The notes under the pieces were generated by a model. It saw only the letters and a list, made by a program, of their open reading frames with translations. It was not told the DNA's origin and did no database searches. Made by a program: the position numbers and the translations under genes. Positions 29,209 to 38,987 of a stretch of 64,000 nucleotides of DNA are shown here, piece after piece. The stretch comes from Asticcacaulis sp. (GTDB lineage Bacteria > Pseudomonadota > Alphaproteobacteria > Caulobacterales > Caulobacteraceae): positions 544,328 through 608,327 of the forward strand of contig NZ_JASGFK010000002.1 of assembly GCF_047605585.1 (NCBI RefSeq). The letters are read 5' to 3'. Every line of letters begins with the position of its first letter. Position 1 is the first letter of the stretch.

Positions 29209-29588
29209 AGACGAGTCTTGTCAGCGGATTTATCCTCGGTGTGATCGCCGTGGCTGTAGCGGCCTGTTCCAGCGCGCCGGAAGCGCCGGTCGCCCCACCA
29301 CCCGTTTCGCGTCCCGCGCCACAGACACCGGCCTATCAGCCACCGGCGCGGCCTGCGCCACCGCCGCCGGCACCGGTCTACAAGCCCATGGCGGAAGACC
29401 AGTGCGGCGCTGCGGCCCTGCAATATCTGGTCGGCAAGCCGCGCACGGAAATTCCCGTACCGCTCGATCCCGGCCAGCGGCGCGTCGTGTGTTCTACGTG
29501 CATCGTTACGCAGGAATATCGCTCGGATCGCCAGACTATTGTTTTCAGCAGCGATACGGGCATCATACAGTCGGTTAAGTGCGGTTAA
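29205..29588 (+). CDS. Lipoprotein, peptidase-inhibitor I78 family, with a Pro-rich linker. Alternative ATG start at 29190.
   Basis: Lipobox AVAAC after a short signal peptide. Pro-rich spacer. C-terminal motif CGA..LQ.LVG…RV……VTQEYR.DR…D.G.I..V.CG matches the I78 inhibitor fold. GTG at 29205 overlaps the holC TGA, with GGGAGA RBS. Confidence 0.7.
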   Translation: MKTSLVSGFILGVIAVAVAACSSAPEAPVAPPPVSRPAPQTPAYQPPARPAPPPPAPVYKPMAEDQCGAAALQYLVGKPRTEIPVPLDPGQRRVVCSTCIVTQEYRSDRQTIVFSSDTGIIQSVKCG

Positions 29589-29730
29589 CGCTGATTTAAG
29601 CGAAAGAGCATACTTTTCAGGTGGATGGCCGCCTGTCTTGATGCTACCCTGAGTTTTATTGAAAGCGAATCGACGGCAAATCCGGGGCGGGCCGTCAGGC
29701 GTATTAAGTTATTTATCGGGTCGAGCAGGC

Positions 29731-30195
29731 ATGGATAAAAAACTCATAGCGGAAGGCCGACCGGCGGAGATCATGCTGGTTGACGATAATCGCGGCGATG
29801 CCCTGTTGGCATCCCATGCCTTTCGCGAGTCCTCTGTTCAAACCAACCTGACCGTGGCTTCTACCGGGGAGATGGCCCTGGCCATGCTGGCCGGTGAGGG
29901 GGAGTATCGCGGCCAACGCCTGCCAGATTTGATCATGCTCGATCTCGGCCTGCCCAAGATGGGCGGAGTTGAGGTGCTCGAGCGTATCAAGAGCGACATT
30001 CGTTTCCGGCACATTCCGGTGATCGTGATGTCGAACTCCGGCGCCGGCAGCAACATCCTGAAAAGCTACCAGCTTCACGCCAATGCTTATGTGATGAAAC
30101 CGGCCGACTTGCAGAAATTCCGGGAAGCCATTTCCCTGATTGAACAATTCTTCTTCCTTCTGGCTTGTGTGCCTTCTCAGAATATAGACGCTTAA
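29731..30195 (+). CDS. Single-domain response regulator (CheY-like receiver, no output domain)
   Basis: IMLVDDN…, phospho-acceptor Asp in LIMLDLGLPKMGG, conserved Lys in …YVMKP. About 150 aa, receiver domain only. Confidence 0.88.
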   Translation: MDKKLIAEGRPAEIMLVDDNRGDALLASHAFRESSVQTNLTVASTGEMALAMLAGEGEYRGQRLPDLIMLDLGLPKMGGVEVLERIKSDIRFRHIPVIVMSNSGAGSNILKSYQLHANAYVMKPADLQKFREAISLIEQFFFLLACVPSQNIDA

Positions 30196-30207
30196 AGGAG
30201 GGCAACC

Positions 30208-30921
30208 ATGCAGGAACCCCGACACATTACCATGACCGCTCCCGCCGACCCCGCCGAAGAATTCAAGGATTTCGCCTATATCGTCTCGCACGACCTTGCC
30301 GGGCCGGTGCGGTCGATGGTGGCCTTTTCCCAGCTGCTTAAGGAGAGCCTGCCGGTCGTTGAAAAGGCCGAGGACCAGCTGCATCTCGACCTGATCATCG
30401 AAAGCGGCCAGAAGCTGGGCGACATGATCCAGGGCTTGCTGTCCTTTTCACGCCTCAACACCGTGCCGCGCAACCGTACCCTGGTGGAGCTCGAAATCGT
30501 CGTCGCCCGCTGCTACATGCAGCTGCAGGCGCAACTCGACGCCACCAAGGGCCACTTCAACTATCCGCGCATGCCCGAAGTGATGGCCGATGCCCAGCAG
30601 ATGCACACGGTCTTCTTCGCCCTGCTCGACAATGCCATCAAGTTCCGCAAGCCCGACCAGGCGCCGGACATCCGCATCCGCTGTGACAAGACGGCCGATT
30701 TCTGGGAGTTCAGCATCGCCGACAATGGCATCGGTATCGACCCGATGTTCTATGACGATGTCTTCCGTCCGCTACGTAAGCTGCATACCGATGAGGTCTA
30801 TCCCGGTGTCGGCATGGGCCTGACTCTGGCGCGCAAGATTATCATGGCGCATGGCGGCGAGATCTGGCTGGAGCCGTCCGAAATGGGCGGGCTGAAGGTC
30901 AACTTCACCATCCCCAGATGA
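30208..30921 (+). CDS. Soluble sensor-less histidine kinase (HisKA + HATPase_c only)
   Basis: H-box …YIVSHDLAGPV…, N-box LLDNAIKF, G1 DNGIGI, G2 GVGMGLTLARKII. No TM or sensory domain. 12-nt gap after the response regulator. Confidence 0.85.
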   Translation: MQEPRHITMTAPADPAEEFKDFAYIVSHDLAGPVRSMVAFSQLLKESLPVVEKAEDQLHLDLIIESGQKLGDMIQGLLSFSRLNTVPRNRTLVELEIVVARCYMQLQAQLDATKGHFNYPRMPEVMADAQQMHTVFFALLDNAIKFRKPDQAPDIRIRCDKTADFWEFSIADNGIGIDPMFYDDVFRPLRKLHTDEVYPGVGMGLTLARKIIMAHGGEIWLEPSEMGGLKVNFTIPR

Positions 30922-30959
30922 AAAAAGCCGCCATCGATAAGATGGCGGCTTTCGTTTCT
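30921..30959. terminator. Bidirectional intrinsic terminator between the histidine kinase (+) and flotillin (-)
   Basis: AAAAAAGCCGCCATC-gataa-GATGGCGGCTTTCGTTT. Confidence 0.85.
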
Positions 30960-30968
30960 GTTGGCCGT

Positions 30969-32978
30969 TCAGTTAACCGATTCTGGCTGTTTCTCCGGCG
31001 GCGGTGAACCGAGCGCCGTATCCAGCCCAGACTTATCGGCCACCAGCATGGCCATCAGGGCATTGAGCAGCGGATTGCCGCCGCTATCCTGCCCCGTACT
31101 GCCGCCGATAGCGATTTTCGGCACGATATCGACCCCCGATTTTTCCAGCGCCTCGGCGAACCGTTCGGCGATCTGACGCGTCAGCTGATACCTGGCGCCA
31201 CCCGAGGCTTCCGCCTGTTTTGCGATGGCCTCGGCCTGGGCCAGCCCCACCTTGGTGACACGCTCGGCATCAGCGGCGGCCAGGGCGATGACGCGCTTGG
31301 CTTCCCCTTCACCCAGCAAGTGCGTGCGGTCGGCCTCGGCCTGCGCCAGCGTACGCGTCTGGTTGGCCTCCTGTTGCGAACGCGCCAGATTGGCCTTGCC
31401 TTGGTTTTCCTGCACCTGGATTGACAGGGCGGATTCGGTGATCGCCGTCTGCTGTTTGGCCTGGGCCTCGGCTTCGCGTAAGCCCCGTTCCTTCTGCGCC
31501 GCCAGCATCTGGCGGTCATAGGTACCAACCTTCTCATCGGCCAACTGACGCTGGCGCAACTGATTGAGGATCTGCTCGATCTGGTCATTGCCTTCGGCGG
31601 CGCGGGGCGTGCCGATCAGCACCTCCTGTAGCTCCAGGCTATAGGCCGAGAACTTGTCCTTCATCTGGACGGCGCTGGTCTGCTGGATATCGCTGCGATC
31701 CTGCAAAAGCTGAATAAGCGTACGGGTTTGTGCGACGTTCTTGAAGTAAGCCGAAACCATGGGGTCCAGGGTCTGCTCGACCAGTTTCTTGATATCGCCA
31801 AAGCGCTGCACCACCAGTGGCGCCTTGCGATAGTCGATATGGACGACGACCGACAGGGGCAGGATGGGCTCGAAGGCGTCCTTGGTGATCAGGGACACCT
31901 CTGAGAGGTTTTCATCCAGCTTGTGCGGTCCGACGCTGGTCTGGTCCCATTTCAGGATGAAGTTGGTGGTTGGCACCATCAGGATCTTGCCGGCGTACGG
32001 GTTGAAGGCGTACTTGCCGGGCAGGAGCGGCTCCGACCACACCCCGCGATTGCCGCGCGTCACCAGTTCGCCGTGGCGATATTCCTCGCCGGAGGTATCG
32101 GCGCCCAGTTCGCCGGTATAGGAGACGACGACGCCGACATGACCGACTTCGACCACCGTCTTGGCGACCTTCTCGACCGTCGCGAACAGGCGGTTGATGA
32201 AGTAGGAGCCTTCCACCAGCACCTGCAGCTGCCGGCCGCGCTTGCCACCAGCCGCGAGGAAGGCCTCGGGGTCCTGAAAGTTGTTGTGGAAGGTCTTAAG
32301 GTCCGCCTGGTCGTTGCCGACTGTCGGCGCGATGATCTGGTCGGCGGGCAGGGACGGGCCGTCGTGAACTGTGACCACGCCAATGGCGTCCTCGCCGTCC
32401 TTGATGACGACGGCGTTGAAGCCATCACGCGAGGCGATGATGCCGTTCATTTCATCGAACAGCGCCGAATCATTGCTCTCCATCTGGAGGCCATAGATGC
32501 GGTCGTGCGCGATAATGACGAACTGTGCCAGGTTGATGGCATATGTGCCTTCACGCAGGATCTTGCGCTGCGGCCCTTTCTGGCCACCGGCTTCCAGGAA
32601 CTGACGGGTATCTTCGAACAGCGTGGCCTCGACATTGCGCGCCAGCGTCTGGGTAGAAGGCAGGGGCGCGCCGTCACGCGCGAAGACGTAGCCGACCTGG
32701 CCCTGTGGGATGGTCACCAGCGGCTGGATATGCAGACGAAACTGAAACGGGAAAAAGAAGTGGAAACCGCCGCGCAGGACGGTCGGCTGAAAACCGGCCT
32801 CACCCTTCAGGGCGATCAGTCCGCCCTTGATGGAACCAGAAGATGACCACAGCTTTTCGACAATGGCGACCCGGCTGTTGCCGACATAACGGACAGCGCC
32901 GGAGACAAGGAATATAGCGCACAGCACAAAAACGCCGGCGGCCAGGGCCACCCACGGTAAAATGTTTTCGACAGTCAT
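30969..32978 (-). CDS. Flotillin-like SPFH/band-7 protein. Start at the internal Met (MTVENILPWVALAAGVFVL…).
   Basis: N-terminal TM anchor, SPFH domain, long EA-rich coiled coil (…REAEAQAKQQTAI…AQAEADRTHLLGEGEAKRV…). Architecture of bacterial flotillins (YqiK/FloT-like). Confidence 0.8.
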   Translation of the reverse strand: MTVENILPWVALAAGVFVLCAIFLVSGAVRYVGNSRVAIVEKLWSSSGSIKGGLIALKGEAGFQPTVLRGGFHFFFPFQFRLHIQPLVTIPQGQVGYVFARDGAPLPSTQTLARNVEATLFEDTRQFLEAGGQKGPQRKILREGTYAINLAQFVIIAHDRIYGLQMESNDSALFDEMNGIIASRDGFNAVVIKDGEDAIGVVTVHDGPSLPADQIIAPTVGNDQADLKTFHNNFQDPEAFLAAGGKRGRQLQVLVEGSYFINRLFATVEKVAKTVVEVGHVGVVVSYTGELGADTSGEEYRHGELVTRGNRGVWSEPLLPGKYAFNPYAGKILMVPTTNFILKWDQTSVGPHKLDENLSEVSLITKDAFEPILPLSVVVHIDYRKAPLVVQRFGDIKKLVEQTLDPMVSAYFKNVAQTRTLIQLLQDRSDIQQTSAVQMKDKFSAYSLELQEVLIGTPRAAEGNDQIEQILNQLRQRQLADEKVGTYDRQMLAAQKERGLREAEAQAKQQTAITESALSIQVQENQGKANLARSQQEANQTRTLAQAEADRTHLLGEGEAKRVIALAAADAERVTKVGLAQAEAIAKQAEASGGARYQLTRQIAERFAEALEKSGVDIVPKIAIGGSTGQDSGGNPLLNALMAMLVADKSGLDTALGSPPPEKQPESVN

Positions 32979-33098
32979 GTTGAGCCCCCCTTGGGGCTTA
33001 AAGCGAAAGCGCACAATTGCGTGCGCGGTCATATTTTACGCCTGTGACTTATGGGCGCAAAGCGAAACCGGACAGCAATCGCGAAGATGTGACCGTTA

Positions 33099-35000
33099 TC
33101 AGATGCCGGCTTCGACCTTGGCGGTTTCGTAGATTTCCGCCGCTTCCATCCATTCGCCTTCGAGTGCGACGAGTTTTTCTTCCAGCTTGGCCTTGTCTTT
33201 TCCGAGGCTTATGGCGAGCGGCTGGTTCTTCACATAAAGATCGGGATCGCCCAGTTTCAGGTCAAGCAGCTTAATCTGATTGCCGGTCGCTTCGATCTGA
33301 CGTTCCAGGTCGTCAGCTTTCTTCTTCAGCGGCGCAAGGGCGTTGCGCGCGGCCGCGGCGGCCTTACGGGCTTCCTTGGTGTTGACATTGGCCGGCTTGT
33401 CCTTCGCCGCAGCTTGCGCTTCTTCGCGCGTCGCCGTCTTGGCGCGTTCGATGACCAGTTTGGCATAATCGTCCATGGTGCCGGTATAGGTCTTCACCGT
33501 GCCGTCATTGACCAGCCACAGCTTGTCCGCCACCAGTTCGACCAGTGAGCGGTCGTGGGTGATGATCAGGACGGCACCTTCATAGTCATTGAGCGCATCG
33601 AGCAGAGCGCGGCGGCTGTCGATATCCAGGTGGTTGGTCGGTTCGTCGAGGATCAGCAGGTGCGGGGCATCCATGGCCACTATGTTGAGCAGCAGGCGCG
33701 CGCGTTCGCCACCGCTGAGGTCCTTGACCTTGGTCTCGACCTTGGTGGCCGTCATGCCGAACGAGCCCAGGCGCGAACGACGCTTGGCTTCGGTCTCGTC
33801 CGGGCGGGCGCGGCGGATCATTTCCAGCGGTGTATCTTCCGGGTCCATCGCCTCGATCTGGTGCTGGTGGAACCAGGCCACGGTCATGCGGCGGTCGCGC
33901 CATTGCGTGCCGTGGCTCTCGGTAAGGGCGCCGGCCAGCAGCTTGGCGAAGGTCGATTTACCGGCACCGTTGACGCCCAAAACCCCAATGCGATCATCGG
34001 GATCGAGGCGGATGTTCATGTGGCGCAGGATGACGGTGTCGCCATAGCCGACGCTGGCGTCTTCCAGGCGCAGGATGGGTGGCGAAAGCTGCTTTTCCGG
34101 TGACGGCAGGATAAATGGCGCCACGCGATCCTCGATCGAGGCGGAAATGGGCGGCAGCTTTTCCAGCTTTTTCATGCGTGATTGCGCCTGGGAGGCCTTG
34201 GAGGCCTTGGCGCGGAAGCGATCGACGAAGGCCTGCAGGTGGGCGCGCTCGGCCTCCTGCTTGGCGGCATTGGCGGCGTTCAAGCGGGCCTTCTCAGCGC
34301 GCATGCGTTCATAAGTGTCGTAATTGCCGCTGTAATAATCGAGACGCTGGCCGACGACATGGACAATGGCATCGACCGATTCATTGAGCAGGTCGCGATC
34401 GTGCGAGATCATCAGGGCGGCATTGGGATAGCGCTTCAGGCGGGCTTCCAGCCACAGGGCGCCTTCAAGGTCGAGATAGTTGGTCGGTTCGTCGAGCAGC
34501 AGCAGGTCGGGCTCGGCCAGCAGGGCACCGGCAAGGGCTGCGCGCATCCGCCAGCCGCCGGAAAAATCGGAGATCGGACGGGTCAGATCGGCATTGGAAA
34601 AGCCCAGACCGGACAGGATTTCGGCCGCCTTGGCGGGCGCGCGATCAGCGCCGATGGCGTAGAGATCGTGATGGATTTCCGCCTGGTGCATCGGATCGGC
34701 GGTTTCCAGCGCACGCAGCAGATCGCGGCGGCGCACGTCGAGATCGAGCACCTCATCGATCAGGTGCTTGGGGGAGGCGGCGATTTCCTGGTCTACGCTG
34801 GCGATGCGCCATGATTTCGGTGTGGTAATTTCACCGCCGCCGGGCTGCGACTTGCCGAGAATAAGGCCGAACAGGGTCGATTTGCCGACGCCATTCAGAC
34901 CTACCAGGCCCGCCTTGGTGCCGGGTGTCAGGGTCAGATTGGCGCCATCGAAAAAGCGGCGGCCATAGGCATCATAGACCAGGTTGGTAATCTGCAGCAT
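33099..35000 (-). CDS. ABC-F family ATPase (Uup-like, two ABC domains plus a C-terminal coiled-coil). Start at the internal Met MLQITNL.
   Basis: Two Walker A motifs (GLNGVGKST, GVNGAGKST), two LSGG signatures, a long linker and a coiled-coil C-terminal domain. No TM domain. Confidence 0.85.
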   Translation of the reverse strand: MLQITNLVYDAYGRRFFDGANLTLTPGTKAGLVGLNGVGKSTLFGLILGKSQPGGGEITTPKSWRIASVDQEIAASPKHLIDEVLDLDVRRRDLLRALETADPMHQAEIHHDLYAIGADRAPAKAAEILSGLGFSNADLTRPISDFSGGWRMRAALAGALLAEPDLLLLDEPTNYLDLEGALWLEARLKRYPNAALMISHDRDLLNESVDAIVHVVGQRLDYYSGNYDTYERMRAEKARLNAANAAKQEAERAHLQAFVDRFRAKASKASQAQSRMKKLEKLPPISASIEDRVAPFILPSPEKQLSPPILRLEDASVGYGDTVILRHMNIRLDPDDRIGVLGVNGAGKSTFAKLLAGALTESHGTQWRDRRMTVAWFHQHQIEAMDPEDTPLEMIRRARPDETEAKRRSRLGSFGMTATKVETKVKDLSGGERARLLLNIVAMDAPHLLILDEPTNHLDIDSRRALLDALNDYEGAVLIITHDRSLVELVADKLWLVNDGTVKTYTGTMDDYAKLVIERAKTATREEAQAAAKDKPANVNTKEARKAAAAARNALAPLKKKADDLERQIEATGNQIKLLDLKLGDPDLYVKNQPLAISLGKDKAKLEEKLVALEGEWMEAAEIYETAKVEAGI

Positions 35001-35096
35001 GTGACTTAAAAACTTTAGAAAATACGGGTTGGCGAATGCGTCGGGTGTCGCTATAAGCCAGCGCAACTTTAAAGCCAAACAAAATTGGAACTTCCC

Positions 35097-35513
35097 ATGT
35101 CCCGTACTTTCTCGATCATCAAGCCCGACGCCACACGCCGCAACCTGACCGGCGCGATCAACGCCGTCATCGAAGCCGCCGGCCTGCGCATCGTCGCCCA
35201 GCGCCGCGTGAAGCTGTCGCAGGCGCAAGCCGAGCAGTTCTATGGCGTCCACAAGGAGCGTCCTTTCTTCGGTGAGCTGGTCGGCCAGATGACCGCCGAG
35301 CCGGTCGTCGTTCAGGTTCTGGAAGCCGACAACGCCGTGCCGAAGTACCGTGAAGTCATGGGCGCCACCAACCCGGAACAGGCTGCCGAAGGCACGCTGC
35401 GCAAGCTGTTCGCCCTGTCGATCGGTGAGAACTCGGTCCACGGTTCGGATTCGGACGAGAACGCCGCGATTGAAATCGCGCAGTTCTTCACGGATGCCGA
35501 TATCGTCGGCTAA
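35097..35513 (+). CDS. ndk: Nucleoside diphosphate kinase
   Basis: [12 protein letters not shown]…NxxHGSD active-site His motif. 139 aa. Confidence 0.95.
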   Translation: MSRTFSIIKPDATRRNLTGAINAVIEAAGLRIVAQRRVKLSQAQAEQFYGVHKERPFFGELVGQMTAEPVVVQVLEADNAVPKYREVMGATNPEQAAEGTLRKLFALSIGENSVHGSDSDENAAIEIAQFFTDADIVG

Positions 35514-35517
35514 AACG

Positions 35518-35644
35518 AATGGGGTTTGGGGCCTGTGGCCCCAAGTCTTATCTCTTTCAAAATAAAAACCCGGCCCCTAGAAGGGCCGGGTTTTTATTTT
35601 GAATCAGGCAAGGTTTGTGGGGTCACGGACCCCACGCCCCATTA
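35518..35644. repeat. MITE-like palindromic repeat element, copy B, between ndk and purN. Internal modules inverted relative to copy A.
   Basis: AATGGGGTTTGGGGCC … CCCCACGCCCCATTA termini. Central hairpin AAACCCGGCCCctagaaGGGCCGGGTTT. The purN TAA stop lies in the right terminus. Confidence 0.8.
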
Positions 35645-36217
35645 CGGTTTGAGTACGAGGCGCACCGCCTCCGCATACAGCCTGTGCTCCTCGGCCAGAA
35701 CGCGCGTGGCCAGCATATCTGCCGTATCACCTTCCAGAACCGGCACCCGTGCTTGGGCAATGATCTCGCCCTCATCAACACCCGGCGTCACCCAGTGCAC
35801 GGTCGCGCCATGCTCCAGCACACCGGCGTCAAGCGCACGCTCATGGGTATGCAGCCCTTTGAATTCCGGCAAAAGAGCCGGATGGATATTGATCATCTTG
35901 CCAGCCCATTGCTGCACCAGCCAGGGCGTCAATACGCGCATGTAACCGGCCAGGCAGATGAACTCGATGCCATTGCCGCGCAGCTCGGCATCGATTAGGC
36001 GTTCATGCGCCTCGCGATCCTTGCCGAATGGCTTGTGATCGAGGGCGAAGGTCTTCAGCCCATGCGCCGCTGCCCATTCCAGACCGCTGGCATTGGGGTC
36101 GTTGGAAACGGCCAGCACAAACTCGGCCGGAAAATCCGCCGCCTTTGCTGCCTCGACCAGCGCCATCATGTTGGAGCCACGGCCGGAGATAAAGATAGCC
36201 GCCTTGGTCTTCTTCAT
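35642..36217 (-). CDS. purN: Phosphoribosylglycinamide formyltransferase
   Basis: …AIFISGRGSNMMAL… and HPALLP/…NIHPSLLP-type motif. Directly downstream of purM. Confidence 0.9.
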   Translation of the reverse strand: MKKTKAAIFISGRGSNMMALVEAAKAADFPAEFVLAVSNDPNASGLEWAAAHGLKTFALDHKPFGKDREAHERLIDAELRGNGIEFICLAGYMRVLTPWLVQQWAGKMINIHPALLPEFKGLHTHERALDAGVLEHGATVHWVTPGVDEGEIIAQARVPVLEGDTADMLATRVLAEEHRLYAEAVRLVLKP

Positions 36218-37248
36218 TATTTTGTTGCCAGTTGACCGACAACAAAGGCATCCTCGCCGGCATTGAGCAGGGCCGCCAGCACCGCATCGGCATCTTTCGG
36301 TGCGACATAGAGCACGAAACCGACGCCACAGTTGAAGGTGCGCAGCATCTCATGCTTCTCGATGCCACCGGTCTGCATCAGCCATTCGAACACCGGCGGG
36401 AACTCCCAGCTGTCGAAATCGAAGGTGGCGGTCAGGTGGTCCGGTACGGCGCGATCCGGGTTTTCGATCAGGCCGCCGCCGGTGATGTGGGCGCCGCCCT
36501 TGACCAGCCCTGATTTCATCAGCGGCAGGACCGTCTTGATATAGATCCGAGTCGGCTCCAGCAGGGCCTGGGCCAGGGAGAGGCCCTTGGCGAATGGCGC
36601 ATCCGAGGCCCATGACAGGCCGGAGACTTCGACCACCTTGCGGATCAGAGAATAGCCGTTGGAGTGCGGGCCGGAAGAGGCCAGGCCGATGATGACATCG
36701 CCCTCGCGCATATCGTCCATCCGCGGCAGAACCTTGTTGCGATCGACGGCGCCGACCGAGAAACCGGCAAGATCATAATCGTCATTGCCATACATGCCGG
36801 GCATTTCGGCGGTTTCACCACCGACCAGCGCACAGCCGGCGCGCTTGCAGCCCTCGGCGATGCCGGCAACGACACGCTTGGCGGTATCGACGTCGAGCTT
36901 CGACGTGGCGTAATAGTCGAGGAACATCAGCGGTTCCGCGCCCTGGGCCAGCAGGTCGTTGACGCACATGGCGACGAGGTCGATGCCGACCGTGTCGTGG
37001 CGGTGAGTCTCGATGGCGATCTTGAGCTTGGTGCCGACCCCGTCGGTCGTGGTGACGATCAGCGGATCGTCATAACCGGCGGCGCGCAGGTCGAACAGGG
37101 CGCCGAAACCGCCGAGCGAGGCCTCGGCACCCGGGCGGCGGGTGGATTTGGCCAACGGCTTGATGGCATCGACCAGGGCTTCGCCGGCATCGATATCGAC
37201 TCCGGAAGCCGCATAGGTTAAGCCATTTTTTGAGCCGGGTTCGGACAT
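36217..37248 (-). CDS. purM: Phosphoribosylformylglycinamidine cyclo-ligase (AIR synthetase)
   Basis: [22 protein letters not shown]… PurM N-terminus and AIRS domains. Start at the internal ATG (CAT at 37246-37248). Confidence 0.9.
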   Translation of the reverse strand: MSEPGSKNGLTYAASGVDIDAGEALVDAIKPLAKSTRRPGAEASLGGFGALFDLRAAGYDDPLIVTTTDGVGTKLKIAIETHRHDTVGIDLVAMCVNDLLAQGAEPLMFLDYYATSKLDVDTAKRVVAGIAEGCKRAGCALVGGETAEMPGMYGNDDYDLAGFSVGAVDRNKVLPRMDDMREGDVIIGLASSGPHSNGYSLIRKVVEVSGLSWASDAPFAKGLSLAQALLEPTRIYIKTVLPLMKSGLVKGGAHITGGGLIENPDRAVPDHLTATFDFDSWEFPPVFEWLMQTGGIEKHEMLRTFNCGVGFVLYVAPKDADAVLAALLNAGEDAFVVGQLATK

Positions 37249-37311
37249 AAATAAATTCCTGTGATCACTTTGCCCTGTAGCGGGGCCATTCGGGTTTGCT
37301 ATAACTACAAA

Positions 37312-38460
37312 ATGACGCCAATTACAAATACCAATGACCTGATCGCCTTTTGTGAAGCGATAAAATCCGCCCCGTTCATCACGGTCGATACCGAATTCAT
37401 GCGCGAGACGACCTACTGGCCGAAGCTCTGCCTGATCCAGGCGGCCAGCGAAGACCACGCCGCGATCATCGATCCGCTGGCCAAAGAACTGGATTTAAAG
37501 CCTTTTCTCGACATTCTAGCCGATGAAAGCATATTGAAGGTCTTTCATGCCTGCCGACAGGACATGGAAATCTTCGTCAATCTCGGCATCATGCCCACGC
37601 CTGTCTTCGATACCCAGGTCGCCGCCATGGCCGCTGGTTACGGCGATCAGGTGGCCTATGATTCGCTGGTGCGCCAGAAACTGAAGATCGATATCGACAA
37701 AGGCTCGCGCTTTACCGACTGGGCACGCCGGCCGCTTTCCGAGCAGCAGTTGCAATATGCTTTGGGTGACGTGACGCACCTGGCCAAGCTGTTCCCCAAG
37801 CTGCGCGACCGTCTGGAACGCCAGGGGCGCCTGGAATGGGTTTCCGAGGAAATGAAGGCGCTGACGGCGCCCGGCCTCTATTCCACCAATCCGGACGACG
37901 CCTGGCGCCGGCTGAAGCCGCGCAAGCATTCGGTCAAGTACATGGCCGTCTTCTCGCAGGTCGCGGCCTGGCGCGAACGCATGGCGCAGGAGCGCGATAT
38001 GCCGCGCGGTCGCATCATGAAGGACGAAGGGGTCGACGAAATCGCCACCCAGCTGCCGACCGATCCGGCGGCCTTCGATCATCTGCGTTCGACCTCCAAG
38101 GGCTTTGGTGCCTCCAAGTTCGGACTCGATCTCGCGGAAATCATCCGCACAGTGCTGAAAAACCCGGAAGCCTTCGCGCCCAAGGTGGAAAAGAGCGCGC
38201 CGCCGGTTCAGGTACCGGCCTCGGTGGTCGAACTGCTGAAGGTCCTGCTGCGCATCCGCTGCGAGGAAGAAGGCGTGGCGCCGAAGCTGATCGCCACAGT
38301 GGCCGATCTGGAAAAGATCGCGCTCGATGACAAGGCGTCGGTGCCGGCGCTGCAAGGCTGGCGTCGGACGGTTTTCGGTGATGATGCCCTGCGTCTGAAG
38401 CGTGGCGAGCTGGCTTTGGTGCTGAACGGCACTAAAGTTGAGCTGGTCGAGCTGGATTAA
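37312..38460 (+). CDS. rnd: Ribonuclease D
   Basis: DEDD exonuclease motifs ([10 protein letters not shown]…), and HRDC-like C-terminus. Divergent from purM, as in many alphaproteobacteria. Confidence 0.88.
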   Translation: MTPITNTNDLIAFCEAIKSAPFITVDTEFMRETTYWPKLCLIQAASEDHAAIIDPLAKELDLKPFLDILADESILKVFHACRQDMEIFVNLGIMPTPVFDTQVAAMAAGYGDQVAYDSLVRQKLKIDIDKGSRFTDWARRPLSEQQLQYALGDVTHLAKLFPKLRDRLERQGRLEWVSEEMKALTAPGLYSTNPDDAWRRLKPRKHSVKYMAVFSQVAAWRERMAQERDMPRGRIMKDEGVDEIATQLPTDPAAFDHLRSTSKGFGASKFGLDLAEIIRTVLKNPEAFAPKVEKSAPPVQVPASVVELLKVLLRIRCEEEGVAPKLIATVADLEKIALDDKASVPALQGWRRTVFGDDALRLKRGELALVLNGTKVELVELD

Positions 38461-38930
38461 CAGCTACCGCCACTGTCTGCCTGTTTACGGTTCTGTACAT
38501 AGGTCTTGCCGTTCCAGCGCATCACAGGGAAGCAGAAGCCTGGCCCGCCGATCATGACGTCCGGCCAGCCGCCGGGCGTCTTCACCTTCGTCGGCAGAAA
38601 GGTCGGTATGCCTTCGCTGGTATAGATGAGCTGCCACTTGCCCGAGGCCTTGCTCAGCAGGCTGAAGCCCTGGCCGGTCATTCCGTAACAGAAGGTGCCG
38701 CTGTCGGTGATCACCACATCGGCAATGCCGTCGCCATTAATGTCGCGATAATCCTCGGGCTGGATATCGGCCATGCCGTTGTCATCATCGGGACAGCCGG
38801 TCCAGTGACCGTCTTTCTGCACCATGCCGGCGGCCTTGTAGGCCAGGGCTATATCGGAAGGCAGCGGTGTGGCGCTGGCGGGAAGGGTAATAAGAGACGC
38901 GCAGACAACTGTAATGGCAACGGATTTCAT
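38457..38930 (-). CDS. Hypothetical secreted protein
   Basis: Signal peptide (MKSVAITVVCASLITLPASA). Gly/Asp-rich motif DINGDGIADVV. Four Cys. No family recognised. Confidence 0.5.
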   Translation of the reverse strand: MKSVAITVVCASLITLPASATPLPSDIALAYKAAGMVQKDGHWTGCPDDDNGMADIQPEDYRDINGDGIADVVITDSGTFCYGMTGQGFSLLSKASGKWQLIYTSEGIPTFLPTKVKTPGGWPDVMIGGPGFCFPVMRWNGKTYVQNRKQADSGGSC

Positions 38931-38987
38931 AACCGGCTCCTGCGAATGGTTAACGCAGAAAACCCTCTACGCGCGAACTTGGCAAGC

